The notes: a model not told the origin generated them from the sequence alone. Positions 26,111 to 39,297 are shown, counted from the first letter of the stretch. The stretch: DNA of 64,000 nucleotides from Squalus acanthias (GCA_030390025.1 JASTWF010000031.1:4712001-4776000); one strand, 5' to 3'. Numbers and translations are program-made.

Positions 26111-27436
26111 TGAAAGTAGTCCGGGCTCTTGTTGCAAATATAAACTGTTGCTTAATATTTGAAACGATACATGAAATGTGGAGATGGGGAGAGGTTTCTT
26201 TTCTTCCCTGCGGGCCTGGAAAGAGACTGTAAAATGTCGTTACTTTTGGCCACGCTTCTTCCCATTCTGACGACCCATTCCTCCTCCATCCTCCAACTGG
26301 TTCTAAAGCACAGCAGCAGAACACTTTTCCCCCAACCGGGCAGTTCGAATTCTATCACTGCATCTCCCTTGCTGCATTTGAGAGCACATTTCATTGAATT
26401 TCAGCCAAGCTATTAGATGGCGCTCGATGTCACAGTAAAGGCAGATAGACAGCCCTGCCCGGTGTTGCAATTTCATGGCACACCTCGGCTTGGCACACAG
26501 TCCCAGAAGCCTACCTGTGAACCAATCTATTTTCAGTCGTACAGATCAACCAGGCCTGGTACAAAAATACATTGGCATTCTTGCATGCAACTGAGGGATT
26601 TAGAATGTCTCTGATTACATCGAGAGTCTTTTGGATGCATCTTCAAACAGCACAAGCAAATGTATCAGCAATACTTCATTATATTGACCAAGCCGAGGTG
26701 TGCCATGAAAATGCAACACCAGGCAGGGCTGTCTATCTGCCTTTACTGTGACATTGAGCTCCATCTAATAGCTTGGCTGAAATTCAATGAAATCTGCTCT
26801 CAAATGCAGTTTTGCGAATCTGATATGTATTTGGAAAGTTTGGCTGCACCTATCGCTTCACCCTGTGCAAACACTGATAACTGGAAAAGCAAACTGGTGC
26901 AGCCACAGAGATAATAATTCCCAATCTCACTGTTATTGTTTATATATATATAAATATATATCAATAAAAACGATATCCAATATGATCACAACCAGTGCTT
27001 AGTCATTGGTACATTTACATGTGCTGTAAAAAGTCTGGTCTGATAAGATCTGGGACACATGAACATAATATAAATACTTGAGCCTAGGTCCTGTGACTGT
27101 CTTCTATTGTCTTTCACCTTGCTGAATGGTCATGTTGTATCTTTGATTGTGGTAATAACCCTCTTGGTTGAAGAAGGCGGTCTGGAACTGAATGGTTTCT
27201 GAAGTGGAAGTAAAGGGTGGAGAAGGGAAAAATCACATTTTACTCGCATTTCCTGCACCCCAACCCTCACCCCCAATCTCTCGCTGTACAAATATATGCC
27301 CGAGCTCCCCTGCTTGTTATGTAAGTGCTGTAAACTGTCAAATTAATAAAAGATCTATCACCATAGCCTTAAAGTCACTGCTGCCAGTCATGTTTACAGA
27401 TAAATAGTGGGGGAGATTTACCAGGCTAATCCTTTA

Positions 27437-27522
27437 GGAACATAGGAACAGGACTCAGCCATTCAGCCCCTCGAGCCTGTACCGCCATTCAATTTGATCA
27501 TGGCTGATCTGTACCTTAACTT
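27437..27522 (-). mobile_element. CR1 3' tail remnant
   Basis: GGAACATAGGAACAGG...CCATTCAGCCCCTCGAGCCTG...GATCATGGCTGATCTGTA. Confidence 0.75.
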
Positions 27523-27569
27523 TCTGGATGTCAGTAGCATTCATGCACTGAAATAAAATTAAAAATAAG

Positions 27570-27900
27570 GGAACTGGGTGGGCTGGACAATGGATTTTCA
27601 CCTCTAGGACAGGGGTTCAAATTAAACCCAGACCAGTGGGATGATAGTCTCCTTTGTATGCTGGTTGTAAGGTCCATGTGTGAAATGAGTGCGGGCAGTT
27701 TCAGTCAGGTTCCTAGTGTGCATGGGTCTACAGCACTGAGCTGTACTCATTTGGAGTTCATGGGATATGTCACTCGGACAGCCATAAAGATGGTTGGTGT
27801 GTGAAGTGGAGAAAGTGCCACACTGATGCAGCAGAGGGTGCTCTTCTAGGAGTATGGCAAAGCAGAGGGAACTTTACTCTGTATCTGTGCCACAGCTGAC
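27570..27900 (+). mobile_element. Degenerate LF-SINE-like element
   Basis: Head motif TTTCACCTCTAGG...GGTTCAAAT...CCCAG resembles the LF-SINE tRNA head as I recall it; boundaries approximate. Confidence 0.35.
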
Positions 27901-29167
27901 ACTGGCTGCCTGAAATGGAGGGTGTTCTGTTACTCAGCACTAACTGAGTTGGGATATTCTGTGCTTCTGGATGTTGCTCTGATTCTACTTATTACATGCA
28001 CACATGAAGCAGCTGTGCATTTTCAAAGCATTCAGTAGCTAAAGGGTTAAGGTTGTCGGGCCTTGATTAGTTTCTCGCCAGTGTTAAGGAATCAAACAGG
28101 TTAAACCTTGGAATCCAGTGAACCATGCTAATCAGGGCTAAAAGGAGGGAGATAATCAATTTGTTCTAATAACTAAATACCAAAGAAATGCTTCTTTCCA
28201 TTGTGCGACTGACCAGTTACACACTCACAAAAAGTACAGCAGCAAATAGCCAGTGATGTACAAGCTTGTCTTTTATCCACAGTTATGAACATTCAGATAC
28301 TGGCCAAAAGACCAGCACTACTACGCAACCTGCTCTTGGCTGTAAATAGAATTTTACTTGACGCCTACAGTCTAGACATTATTTATGTGCATCAGGTCTC
28401 GTGTAATGAAGACTCCCCAAGTTGACTAGCTACCCTGGTATTTGCGTTGAAATAAAGTACAACAATAAAACTGGTTCCTCGCGTCTACGAATTGTTTACT
28501 TTGTCGACATGCAGCGCACAGAAGCAAGCAGTGAAAATAAAAGCATGCACTGACTGGTGAATGCAGGGGCTGGATGTACTAAGAATTAAAGAGGAGTGTC
28601 AGAGCTCAAACTGTAATCTGAATTCAAAGAAGAAACTGATGACTGGAGACAGTACTTTGAATTAAAGGGGAGTGCCAGAGTTGAACCTGTGTTCTGAAGT
28701 AAAGGTGAGGGCACGTTGACTCTCATCTCAAAGTCGGCTCCTTCATGTTAGAGGATTTGACGTTAACACTTAGGGATGAAGATAAATCTTCTGAAATTAA
28801 GATTTCACAGAAACTTTTGTGTGTCTTTCACTTTTCTTTCCCCCTCCTCTGATTGAGTTTAGTGAACTGTAAAAGTGGCAATTACACCAAAATATCGCCA
28901 CTTCTGGGCTGCAGATTGGATCGCTCTACTGAATGGTTGGGCAGTGATTCCCTGTACTGAGTACCTCAGCTCAGGTGGCATAGCGTCTTCCCCTGAGGAG
29001 GGGGTGGGGAGAATGGGATGGCAAGACAAATCCGCATCACTCTGACATAGCTACTAGCAGAAGGTTTAATGTTAAGATGGCAGAAGTCAGTTGCCTGCAC
29101 ATTCTCTCATGAACAGTATGTGTACTTACAGAGCTCTCAGTATAAAGCGCAGGTGGCAGTCAGTAAG

Positions 29168-29427
29168 CCTTGTGCTACTCTCTCCGTATGAAAGCTGTGT
29201 GACCTGGGTGGGTGGCTTTCAGTAGGCACTGTGTATGCCCTATGCTACTCTCTCCGTATGAAAGCTGTGTGACCGGGTGGGTGGCTTTCAGTAGGCACTG
29301 TGTATGCCCTATGCTACTCTCTCCGTATGAAAGCTGTGTGCCCTGGGTGGGTGGCTTTCAGTAGGCACTGTGTATGCCCTATGCTACTCTCTCCGTATGA
29401 AAGCTGTGTGACCGGGTGGGTGGCTTT
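29168..29427. repeat. Tandem repeat, about 3.7 near-identical copies of a 69-70 nt unit
   Basis: TGCTACTCTCTCCGTATGAAAGCTGTGTG starts at 29173, 29243, 29312 and 29382. Confidence 0.97.
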
Positions 29428-30128
29428 TTTTGTATGAGCTGTGTGTGTCCTGGCTCAATCAGTATGAAAGGCCTGTGCCAGTCAGAGGAAGTATATGGAG
29501 TCAGGAATGAAACAAGTTACAAAATGCAGGAGAAAATGTTTAAAAAAAAATGTTTTTTAATTCTTTATTTCTTCACGGTTAACTATTATTATCTAATTGA
29601 TTAATTCAGTGGGGGCTGATGGGCCCTTTCAGATTGTAAGGTATCTCCTTATATTCAGTTAAGCCACCTTGGCAAAATAAATAGATGTTATTTTATTAAG
29701 ACAAAGTATTTTAAAGTAAAATGAGAAGAAATGGACAAATCTTATGTACATTTCTTCTTTTGCATTTTCTTTCAATGAAGACAAGATTTGAAAATAAACC
29801 CTGCCCCTACCCCCCTATTTAAAACATTTTCTTTAGCCACAATGTGTGAGTGAGGGAATGTTTCAGCAAAACAACTCTCATTCACAGTGACATCATCTGT
29901 TTTGTTGGGAAAAACAAGCTTTACTAGCATGACTGTAGAGGCTTTTGCCTTCAGGCATATCTTTCAACTTTACCAGTAAAAGTTGATTTTACATTGGGAA
30001 TCTGGGTTAGTGCTTGCACAATTTGATTAGCCCTGCTTCTTGTAGTGGCGTGATGCTAGATTTTGCACTGCTTTGCACAACGGAGGTGTGTAAAATAATT
30101 TTTTTTAAATCTCAATGAATGTTTTAAT

Positions 30129-30556
30129 CAGCCTGGTCAGCTTGGCTCTGAGCCTGAAGGTTGTGGGTTCAAGCCTCACTCCAGGACTTGAGTGCATAAT
30201 CAGGGCCGACACTCCAGTTGCGGTACTGAGTGAGGGAGTGATGCATTGTCGGAGGTGAGATGTTAAACTGAGGCCCGATTTGCCCGCGGAAGTGTACATA
30301 AAAGATCTCATGGCACTATTTAAAGAGCAGGGAGTTCTCCTGGGGTACCGGCCAACATTCCTCCCTCACCCAACACCACCCAAACAGATTATCTGTTCAT
30401 TCATTCATTCGCTGCTTGTAGGACTTTGCTGAGTGCAAATTGGCTCCTACGTATGTCTACACAACAGCAGTGCTACACTCGAAAAAAAAATGTTGGGTGT
30501 AAAGCACTTTGCTGCTTCCTAAGGATGAGGTGCTATATAAATACAATTCTTTCTTT
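30129..30556 (+). mobile_element. Older Deu-domain SINE copy
   Basis: Same head, Deu block and tail order as the 7180 and 11306 copies, but more diverged. Confidence 0.78.
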
Positions 30557-33500
30557 AAATCAGAAATCTGTGACATTTCCCTGGCAAAGCAGCCATTGTG
30601 CTGGGGAGAAATATCCGTCTAAAGCATGAGCCCCATAACATCTGCTGCACCAGTCACACCATATAACATGGTTCATGTCCTCAGTATAAGGCAGTAGCTT
30701 ATACACCGATACAGCATTTCACATTTTTACTGCAGTAACTATTATAAAAAGAGTGGCTGTGACCTGTACGTGGTTAAGACTTATAACCTGGAATGTAATG
30801 GAAATTGACCCCAGCATGTGTTCTATTTATATTTTTACAAATTCTTGGCTGTAAATCTTTTAAGTCTTTGCTGAACTTTCAATTTGATGGGGAGTTTAGG
30901 AATAATGCCAATAAAAACCTCTTTATTTAGTTTTAATAAATGCACAATAGACTTGCTACCAGAGGTAGTCCAGGTTTTTGCTGGTACTGGCCTCTCCAAA
31001 GTGTGGCTTCGTGAAATGTTAGCATGGTGCAAAAGACTGACGTTAACTCTTGTTGCTACACTGCTGTTGAACTGCAGTAGGGCAGCATTGGATGGGCTGG
31101 TGGCATTGCAGCAAGTGCAACAGAAGTCTCGCCATGTAACAATGTAGATTAATACCACAGATGCAGCTACACCAGGGATTTTGTGATTACTGGACGTTTT
31201 CGATGCATTCACACTCCAACTGTAAGGTTGCTGTGAAGCAGTTTGGCTCTTGCACCAATGCTGCAGTTTACAGTGTAAATGTAGAAAGAATCTGAGTGAG
31301 ACTCTCTGGAGGAGTCACTTAGGGCCTTGTCACCTGATCTACACTCCAAGCACTTTCCGCTTCACATGAACACTAAGCTTGTGGAGTGTGAATGCATCCT
31401 ATAAGTCACGAGGCAAAGCTTCGGTGCTGCCTTTTGACAAAGAAATAACATTGTTAGAGACAACACAAACTGACTAAAGGGAACTTTTTTCAGCATCTGC
31501 CATTATAAAGCTTAACAGCACTCCATAGCACAAACCGTGGAATGGATCACTGAAGTATAATTAGCATTATTGTATCAAGAATCGCCAAGGGTGGTGGTAA
31601 ACCACTTCATTAAATTCAACATTTTGCACAGAGTTGTTCATGTAAAAATGCCCTTTTTTTGTAAACATGTTATAAATATAGTTTACAATGGAAGTACTAA
31701 GATAAGGTATCTCATTAATTGGGCCAATATTTCAGTTAAACTAGTAGTGTTCATTCGTGATTGGGTATCACTTGTTTGGTTTATTTCCCCATATGCATTT
31801 CATTATGTATTGTAACCAGTAAAATCTGTTATTGCCCACAGCTGCACACATCTGAAGTTGATGTCATTTAACTAAGGGTGGAGTTTGCTTGGCCAAATAA
31901 GAAGCCCTCAAAGCCTCAGTCATGCTTCCAGCCTTGCCTCCATACACCATCAAATACAAACATAGTTCTTTGAACTGCATGCAAGTACAACGCAAAGAAA
32001 TTAGATCAGAAGGGAAACAGGTTCCTCAGCTTTTTTTTTTAACGTTCAAAACAAACAGATAAAAAAATATGGAGAAATAAGATAAACTTAACCAAAAATG
32101 GTGATGCATTTAATCCTATAATCACAGATTTCCTTTGGTATTACTTGTGGGTAGGGTAGCCTGAGGCCTTGATCATGGTTGTGACCTGGTCTGCCCCATT
32201 ACGGTCACTGTTCAAATAAGGTGTCTAAATAGACAAAGCCAGCTAGTTGGAGCTGTTGGTAAACTCCTGGGATCAATCAGAGGGTAATTGTCAGATCTTG
32301 TAAATGTCTGGCTCCAGGTTAGAAGAACTCAACATGAAACGAGTTGGCGTTCTTTCTCTCTTTTTCTAAGGTCAGTTTGCATCTGTAACAAAGTGTGACA
32401 TCTGGAGTGTAATGGATGCGCGCTAGTCAAGACTCATAAAAAGAGAGATTATAAACCCCAGTAGGCCTGCTATGAGTACAGACTTAGTTTCTATAATGTT
32501 GGTCCAAAGAATTGGAGCATCTGCCTCCAAACCACAAGGTCAAATGGGATGGGAGAAGGGGAACATTCCACTATCCAGTCTCCAAGTTTAGTCCACAATG
32601 ACATAATTTCCCCATTTACTTCTTATTCCTTGCGCCAAGTTGATTGTGGAATGTAAATTTTAAAAATCTGGATTGAAATAGAATTAGTAACCGTAGTTTT
32701 TTGGGCTCCTATACTCCATCAATACAGTGTTTGCAATAATTCACAGGGATCTTTCTTTCATTGGTATGATTGCTCAGACTAAATTACCACTAACCTGTCA
32801 ATCAAGTGTGTATTTATTATATGTGTTTCAGGCCGTGCAGTACAGGGACACAGGTGACAGGCTCCCTCACATCTGCCACTCTACTTGAAGATAGGGTGGC
32901 AGGAAGTGAGATTGGCTGGGTTGGTGTAAATACTAAATTAAGATATTTATGCCATCACAAAAAAGCAGACCCAAATAAATCATCTTGAAAACATGCTCAA
33001 ACCCAACTAAATGATCACAAAAATGAATGCTCACCCACTAAGTGATGGTCAAAGTGGTCAAATAGTGAGTTTACCTCTGACCTTTTCTCTCTCTCTCTCA
33101 CACTCGAAGAACATTTGGTATCTACTTGCAGATTCCCTACAAAAGCACAGCTAAGATCAAGAATGCACCATGTGGTGAATAATGGTACGATTCCAGATAC
33201 TGCCTGTTGAATGAAATGCCTATACAGTGATCTTTGGGAATATATGTACACATTAAGATGAAGAATACCTCTGTGAACATTGAAACTTTGGTCGGTGAGA
33301 CAAAATAATAGATGTAGTGGAGACTTACTCTTGATATTCTGAAAAATAACACTGAGATACCCTCTCCTCTATTGAAGAGACAAGGTTCTCCATCATCTCT
33401 CCATTGTCTCTCCATCCCATTCTGATTGGATTTTAACCCAGCTCTCTGAGGTGACAGTATACTGCTCTAACAGAGGCAATGCAAATCTGAAGTGGTTTAT

Positions 33501-33837
33501 TCTGATAAATTCAAATATGGACTAATTTAGAATACTTCACATTTGGATGTGCCCAGCCCTTTAAAAAAAATGGCAACCTGCAAGTGCACAATTTACTGGT
33601 ATGTTTTTCTCTCTCTAAATATGATTTTATTTCTTGCACCAGGATAGATATTAGCAGCTAATGGGAAATGGCTGTTTAAAAGGTAAGCAGTGTTTTTATT
33701 CGCGGGTGTTTTAATGCCATAAGTCCATTTTTAAAATTGTTGTTTGGTAGGTATGTACCTAGTTTTGTTGGGTTTTCAGCAGTTGTGATTTAGTTGGTTC
33801 TGCATTTACTTTAGGCTGTCCTTATTAAAACACTAAA

Positions 33838-34105
33838 GGGCTGGATTTTGTCTTGGGGTCGGGTTGGGGTCGTGTAATCCGCATTTCGTGTTTCCCCCCC
33901 GACTCCAGATTAATGTGGATGCCTGATGCAATTTTCACTTAATTGGGCAATTGAGTTGGAGCATGTGGGAACCCATGAACTAATTAGTGTTTTCAGTCTG
34001 AAAGCCGCCTCTGATGATGTCATCATTGCTGACTGGCTAGTCTCAGAGACTGTTGGTGAGAGAGGACCTGCCTGGCTTTTGATGTGAGTGTGGGGGGGAG
34101 GAGGG

Positions 34106-34137
<32 letters not shown>

Positions 34138-34563
34138 TTGCCAAGTAAGTCCTCCCAGGCAGTCTCTGAAGACATTCAATGCAGCAGCATCAGAGGCAAT
34201 GTTCACCTTCATCACATCTCCATTGTAATAGTGGACTTGCAGCCGATAGTCAGCTATCCACTTGTGCTCCCGCCAGGTTTCACTGGAGTGTTTCACACCA
34301 GGCGTGCTTCACATCAAAAGAGGGTTAAACTAGCTACAGCGTTTCAAAATGGCATTACAGAGCCAATTTAGAGCTTGTTAAGGGCTTTAATGGCCTCTCC
34401 CGCCTCTTGGAGGCGGGACGGAATCGGGAACCCCGCGACTGATTATGTCAAAATTGCGTGGAGGCGGGATGGAGTCGGGATAGGGTCGGAAACCCCAAAC
34501 CCGCAAATTTAACCCCCCACACGCCTCCAAACCCGACTCCATGGGTCATTCAAAATCCAGCCC
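33838..34563. mobile_element. Non-autonomous DNA transposon, PIF/Harbinger-like
   Basis: Perfect 13-bp TIRs GGGCTGGATTTTG / CAAAATCCAGCCC; flanks AAA and TAA. Confidence 0.75.
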
Positions 34564-36626
34564 TAACAATCTGATGCTGATAGCTGTCAAGTGCAAAGTG
34601 CAGTTGACAAGACTCACATTATAATATGGGCTGTGCCTCTCACTCTGTCCATTAGAAGAGAGCAGTACACACAGACGTATTTACATCTATGCACAGAGCT
34701 GCTGTACCCTCGTGGCTGTTCTATTTAATGACAGGAGAGTGTGGCTGGTAAAGTCCGCTTCCTTACAAAGAAAGACTTGCATTTATATAGCTCCTTACTA
34801 CATCTTATAAATGTCTCAAACCATCACGCAATGAATTACTATATAGTGATCTTTCTTATGTAGGCAGATGTGGCAGTCATCTTATTCACAGCAAGATTCC
34901 ACCAACAATAATGCCATGGCTAAAAGAAAAGAACAAACTAAACAATAATGAGACTCCATGGATGAATAAAGCCATAAGGGAACAATTGAGGGTAAGGAAA
35001 GCGGCATACATTAAGTGCACAGACAAGCAGGGGAGTGCATGATAAGAGAGAATACGAAAAGATTAGGAAAGAAGTCAAAAAAACAATTAGGGAGGCAAAG
35101 AGGAATGATGAAATTGAATTATCAAGGAACATAAAACAAAATAGTAAAATGTTTTATAGGCACATCAATAAAAAAAGGAAGGTTGGGATGGGAATAGGGC
35201 CATTAAGGGATAGTCAGGATAATACCACAGGTAACAATAGAGAGATGGCAGAAATATTAAATAATTATTTTGCTTCAGTATTTACCGGGGAGATAGAACA
35301 GGTGGACATAACATTGGATGATGAGATTAGTAATGAGATAAGTGTATTTAAAATTTAAAAAGGGGAGATATTAAATAAATTAATCAAACTCAAAGAGGAT
35401 AAAACCCCTGGTCTGGATGGATTGCATCCACGCATTTTAAAAGAATCTAGGGAAGAGATAGCAGAGGCATTACTACGCATATTTAATAATTCGTTAGAAA
35501 AAGGTATAGTGCCAGAGGACTGGCAGATAGCTAACGTAATACCGATATTTAAGAAGGGGGATAGAATATGTCCAGGGAATTATAGACCAGTCAGCTTAAC
35601 ATCGGTGGTAGGAAAAATAATGGAATCCCTACTAAAGGAGAAAATAGAAGAACATCTAGAAACCAAAAATATAATAATGAATAGTCAACATGGATTTCAA
35701 AAGGGAAAGTCTTGCTTGACCAACCTTATTGAATTTTTTGAAGAGGTAACAGAGAGAGTAGACAATGGTAATGCAGTAGATGTAATTTATCTGGGTTTTC
35801 AAAAGGCCTTCGATAAGGTACCTCATAATAGACTGATGAACAAGGTCAGAGAATGCAGAGTCAGGGGACAAGTAACAGAATGGATTGCTGGCTGGCATCA
35901 GGACAGAAAGCAGAGAGTAGGAGTAAAGGGTAACTATTCACAGTGGCAGAAGGTGGGCAGTGGTGTTCCACAAGGATCAGTGCTGGGACCACTGTTCACA
36001 ATTTACATTAACAATTTAGACTTAGGAATCAAAAACACAATTTCTAAATTTGCGGATGACACCAAATTGGGCGGGATAGTCAATACTGAGGAGGACTGCA
36101 ACAAGTTACAGGAGGACATTAATAAACTTGCAGAATGGGCATATAATTGGCAAATGAAGTTCAACACAGATGTATGTGAGGTATTACATTTTGGTAGCAA
36201 GAATAGGGAGATCACTTATCACTTGGAGGGTGTGAGTCTAGGTGGGGTAGAGGAACAAAGGGATCTAAGAGTACAAATACACAAATCATTAAAGTTGCGA
36301 CACAGGTTAGCAACGCCATAAAAAATGCAAACCAAGCACTAGGGTTTATTTCTAGAGGGATAGAACTGAAAAGTAGGGAAGTTATGCTAAATCTGTATCG
36401 AACCTTGGTTAGATCACACTTAGAGTACTGCGTACAGTTCTGGTCACCATGTTATAAAAAGGATATAGAGGCACTGGAGAGGGTGCAGAGAGGATTTACA
36501 AGGATGATACCAGAAATGTGAGGGTATACATATCAGGAAAGGATGAACAGGCTGAGTCTCTTTTCTCTTGAAAAAAAATGAGAAGTCGCACAACACCAGG
36601 TTATAGTCCAACAGATTTATTTAATT

Positions 36627-36664
36627 TTACAAGCTTTCGGAGCTGTCGCTCCTTCGTCAGGTAA
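36627..36664 (-). ncRNA. Minimal type-I hammerhead ribozyme, mirror copy (sense to runx3 pre-mRNA)
   Basis: Exact reverse complement of 37393-37430. Confidence 0.85.
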
Positions 36665-37392
36665 GTTAGCAATGAGAGAATCTCCCAGAATTCACAATTT
36701 AAACCCAGACAAAATCTATTCACATTATTCGCTACAACAAAGAGCACAGCCAAGACAATGAGATGTGTCCCAGGGGGTCCAACGTGTCAAACCACCTGCT
36801 GGCTGCATATCCTGTCAATTTGTGTTCTTGTGTTAGCCTTTTTAAAAAAAAAAAAACACCTGGAAAGACCGGCCATGATGTCAAGTCACGTTCTGTATCG
36901 TGACATGAACCCAATATCGCGATTGAGGCCATCCTCATGAGTGCGGAACTTGGCTATCAGTTTCTGCTCTATGATTTTGCGCTGTCGTGTATCTCGAAGG
37001 CCGCCTTGGAGAACGCTTACCCGCGTTACTGCGGGTAAGCGTTCTCCAAGGCGGCCTTCGAGATACACGACAGCGCAAAATCATAGAGCAGAAACTGATA
37101 GCCAAGTTCCGCACTCATGAGGATGGCCTCAATCGCGATATTGGGTTCATGTCACGATACAGAACGTGACTTGACATCATGGCCGGTCTTTCCAGGTGTT
37201 TTTTATTTTTTTTAAAAAGGCTAACACAAGAACACAAATTGACAGGATATGCAGCCAGCAGGTGGTTTGACACGTTGGACCCCCTGGGACACATCTCATT
37301 GTCTTGGCTGTGCTCTTTGTTGTAGCGAATAATGTGAATAGATTTTGTCTGGGTTTAAATTGTGAATTCTGGGAGATTCTCTCATTGCTAAC

Positions 37393-37430
37393 TTACCTGA
37401 CGAAGGAGCGACAGCTCCGAAAGCTTGTAA
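37393..37430 (+). ncRNA. Minimal type-I hammerhead ribozyme (Penelope-associated)
   Basis: UUAC-CUGACGA-A-GGAGC(GACA)GCUCC-GAAA-GCUU-GUAA: core CUGANGA and GAAA, 5-bp stem II, stem I UUAC/GUAA, palindromic AGCU in place of stem III. Predicted cut after 37426. Confidence 0.85.
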
Positions 37431-38294
37431 AATTAAATAAATCTGTTGGACTATAACCTGGTGTTGTGCGACTTCTCATTTTTGTCCACCCCAGTCCAAC
37501 GCCGGCATCTCCACATCATGACCTCTCTTGAAAAAAGGCTGTGGGGTGACCTAATAGAGGTCTTTAAAATTATGAAAAATTTTGATAGCGTGGATACAGA
37601 GAGAATGTTTCCACTTGTGGGGAAGAGCATAACTAAAGGCCATCAATATAAGATAGTCACCAAGAAATCCAATAGGGAATTCAGAAGAAACTTCTTTACC
37701 CAAAGAGTGGTGAGAATGTGGAACTCGCTACCACAGGGAGTGGTTGAAGCGAATAGTATGGATGCATTTAAGTGGAGGCTGGACAAGCATATGAGGGAAA
37801 AGGGAATAGAGGGTTATGCTGATAGATTTAGATGAGGAAAGACGGGAGGAGGCTCGAGTGGAGCATAAACGCCGGCATGGACTGGTTGGGCCGAATGGCC
37901 TGTTCCTGTGCTGTATATCCGATGTAATCCTATGTAAATAGTTAATCAGATTTTAGTACTGTTAATTTAAGGAGAAATATTAGCCAGGACAATAGGAAGA
38001 CTTCCTGCTCTTCTTCAAATAGACTCCATTCTAAGTTTATAAAGTGCCCAGAGATCCAACAGATTCGTTACAACGGTTTTTAGTTCTGGCTTCACATCAA
38101 TTTGGAGCTGTTTGTCATTTTACGAGAAGCCCAAGTAGTACGAGAGGCCTTTTGGAGGGGGTGTCACATCATTTTGCTTTAGTGTACTCAGGACGGTGTC
38201 AGATTGGGGCTGGATTCCTTAGCTATACTGCCAATTTCACATCAATGTACACCTTAAATTGTTTTGCATTACCATGAAAGTGGCAGTATAACTG

Positions 38295-38470
38295 GAGTTT
38301 AGTTTGATTAGTGCTTAAGAAATGGTTTAGTTGGTTTTCTGTTTTTGTAATGGTTAAGTTGGAGTTCTGATTGTTTAATTGATGGTTTAGTTGGGTTTCT
38401 GTTTGTGTTAATGATGGTGAGTTGAGGTTCTGTTTGTGTGGTTTAGTTGGTTTTGTGTTCATTTGTCTGA
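38295..38470. repeat. Degenerate G/T-rich tandem repeat, unit about 27-33 nt (ATGGTTTAGTTGGTTTTCTGTTTG)
   Basis: Five to six imperfect copies read directly. Confidence 0.7.
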
Positions 38471-39297
38471 TAGTTGGGTATGTGTCCATATTTTCTGATG
38501 TGCTGACACATGGTTGGGGTACAGGAATGCATCTATTTCCCCTGAAATCCTACTGCGGAAGATACATCTACATCTGTGTAGGTGATGTATGTGAGTCCCT
38601 GATGGTCTGTAATCAAATTCCATGGTCTCACCATTGGCTTCTTGTTGAAACGTCAAATTGACAGAATCCAAATTTTGCCCCCCCCCAGCCCCCACTTGTC
38701 ACTTTGAATATAAAGTTCAAATTTATCCAGATTCTCACCACTAATTACCACACATTTCACCATGGTCCTCATTAGAGAAAGAACTCACATTCCAAAAATG
38801 AATTAATTGAAAAATGAGCAGGTAACAATGGTGCATATTATGTATGAAAACATTGAACAAATTACCAGTGATTATTTTTTTTTACGTATCATGCATTATT
38901 GGAAAATAGATACAAAACCCAGATGTATGCAGCATGAGAACTTACTTTACAAAAATGTTAGGACTGTGTGTTATATGAGTATGCATTGTACAGCAAAAGT
39001 TATGGATGTGAATTAACTGCACTGCGTCACTCAGGCCTTCCGCCAAAAATATCAGCAAATAAACTTTTAAAGAAACTGTCAGAGCAGGTTTGGTGTTGGA
39101 GTGGGTTTGATGACAACTGTTTTACTGCCTTAAGCATAGTTTTTGATCAGGTGATCTTTTAAGTACAAAGGAGACATGCAGGTTTATTGGGCTCTGTATT
39201 TACATATGTGTAATATGTAATAAATCAGAGCAGACACATATGCAAATCATATATAAACACATTGCAAACATAAACGCATCATTGTTCAGTCCCAATT

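Larger units (their letters stand above)
36574..37523 (+). mobile_element. Penelope-like retroelement, 910-bp fold-back palindrome plus 40-nt tail (family B)
   Basis: Arms 36574-37024 and 37031-37483 appear identical except in one A/T tract; 6-nt loop GTTACT. Each arm encodes a GIY-YIG-like C-terminus (QRKIIEQKLIAKFRTHEDGLNRD) followed by a hammerhead motif. TSD TCTCTTGAAAAAA at 36564-36576 and 37524-37536. Confidence 0.9.
34930..37937 (+). mobile_element. Long 5'-truncated CR1/HER1 LINE with decayed ORF2, interrupted by a Penelope-like palindrome at 36574-37523
   Basis: RT motifs PGNYRPVSLTS, QHGF, FQKAFDKVPH, GVPQGSVLGP and FADDTKLG; broken reading frame near 35358 and 36300. ORF2 resumes after the insert (SLEKRL.GDLIEVFK); tail GGGCCGAATGGCCTG. 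Confidence 0.96.

Noticed and set aside
12879-29160. Other CTCF-like motifs near 12880, 22276, 26410 and 29146
   Set aside because: Partial matches by eye; several are expected by chance in 64 kb without PWM scoring or ChIP data.
29168-29427. CRISPR-like array
   Set aside because: Units are contiguous and near-identical with no unique spacers, and the context is vertebrate intron.
35035-36321. Functional reverse-transcriptase gene
   Set aside because: 5'-truncated CR1 ORF2 with a broken frame and a 950-bp insertion; a dead retrotransposon copy.
36574-37483. Palindrome as a fold-back sequencing or assembly artefact
   Set aside because: Considered unlikely: it has a TSD, a one-sided tail and a differing A/T tract between arms, and two other loci share the architecture. 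Raw reads are needed to exclude it fully.
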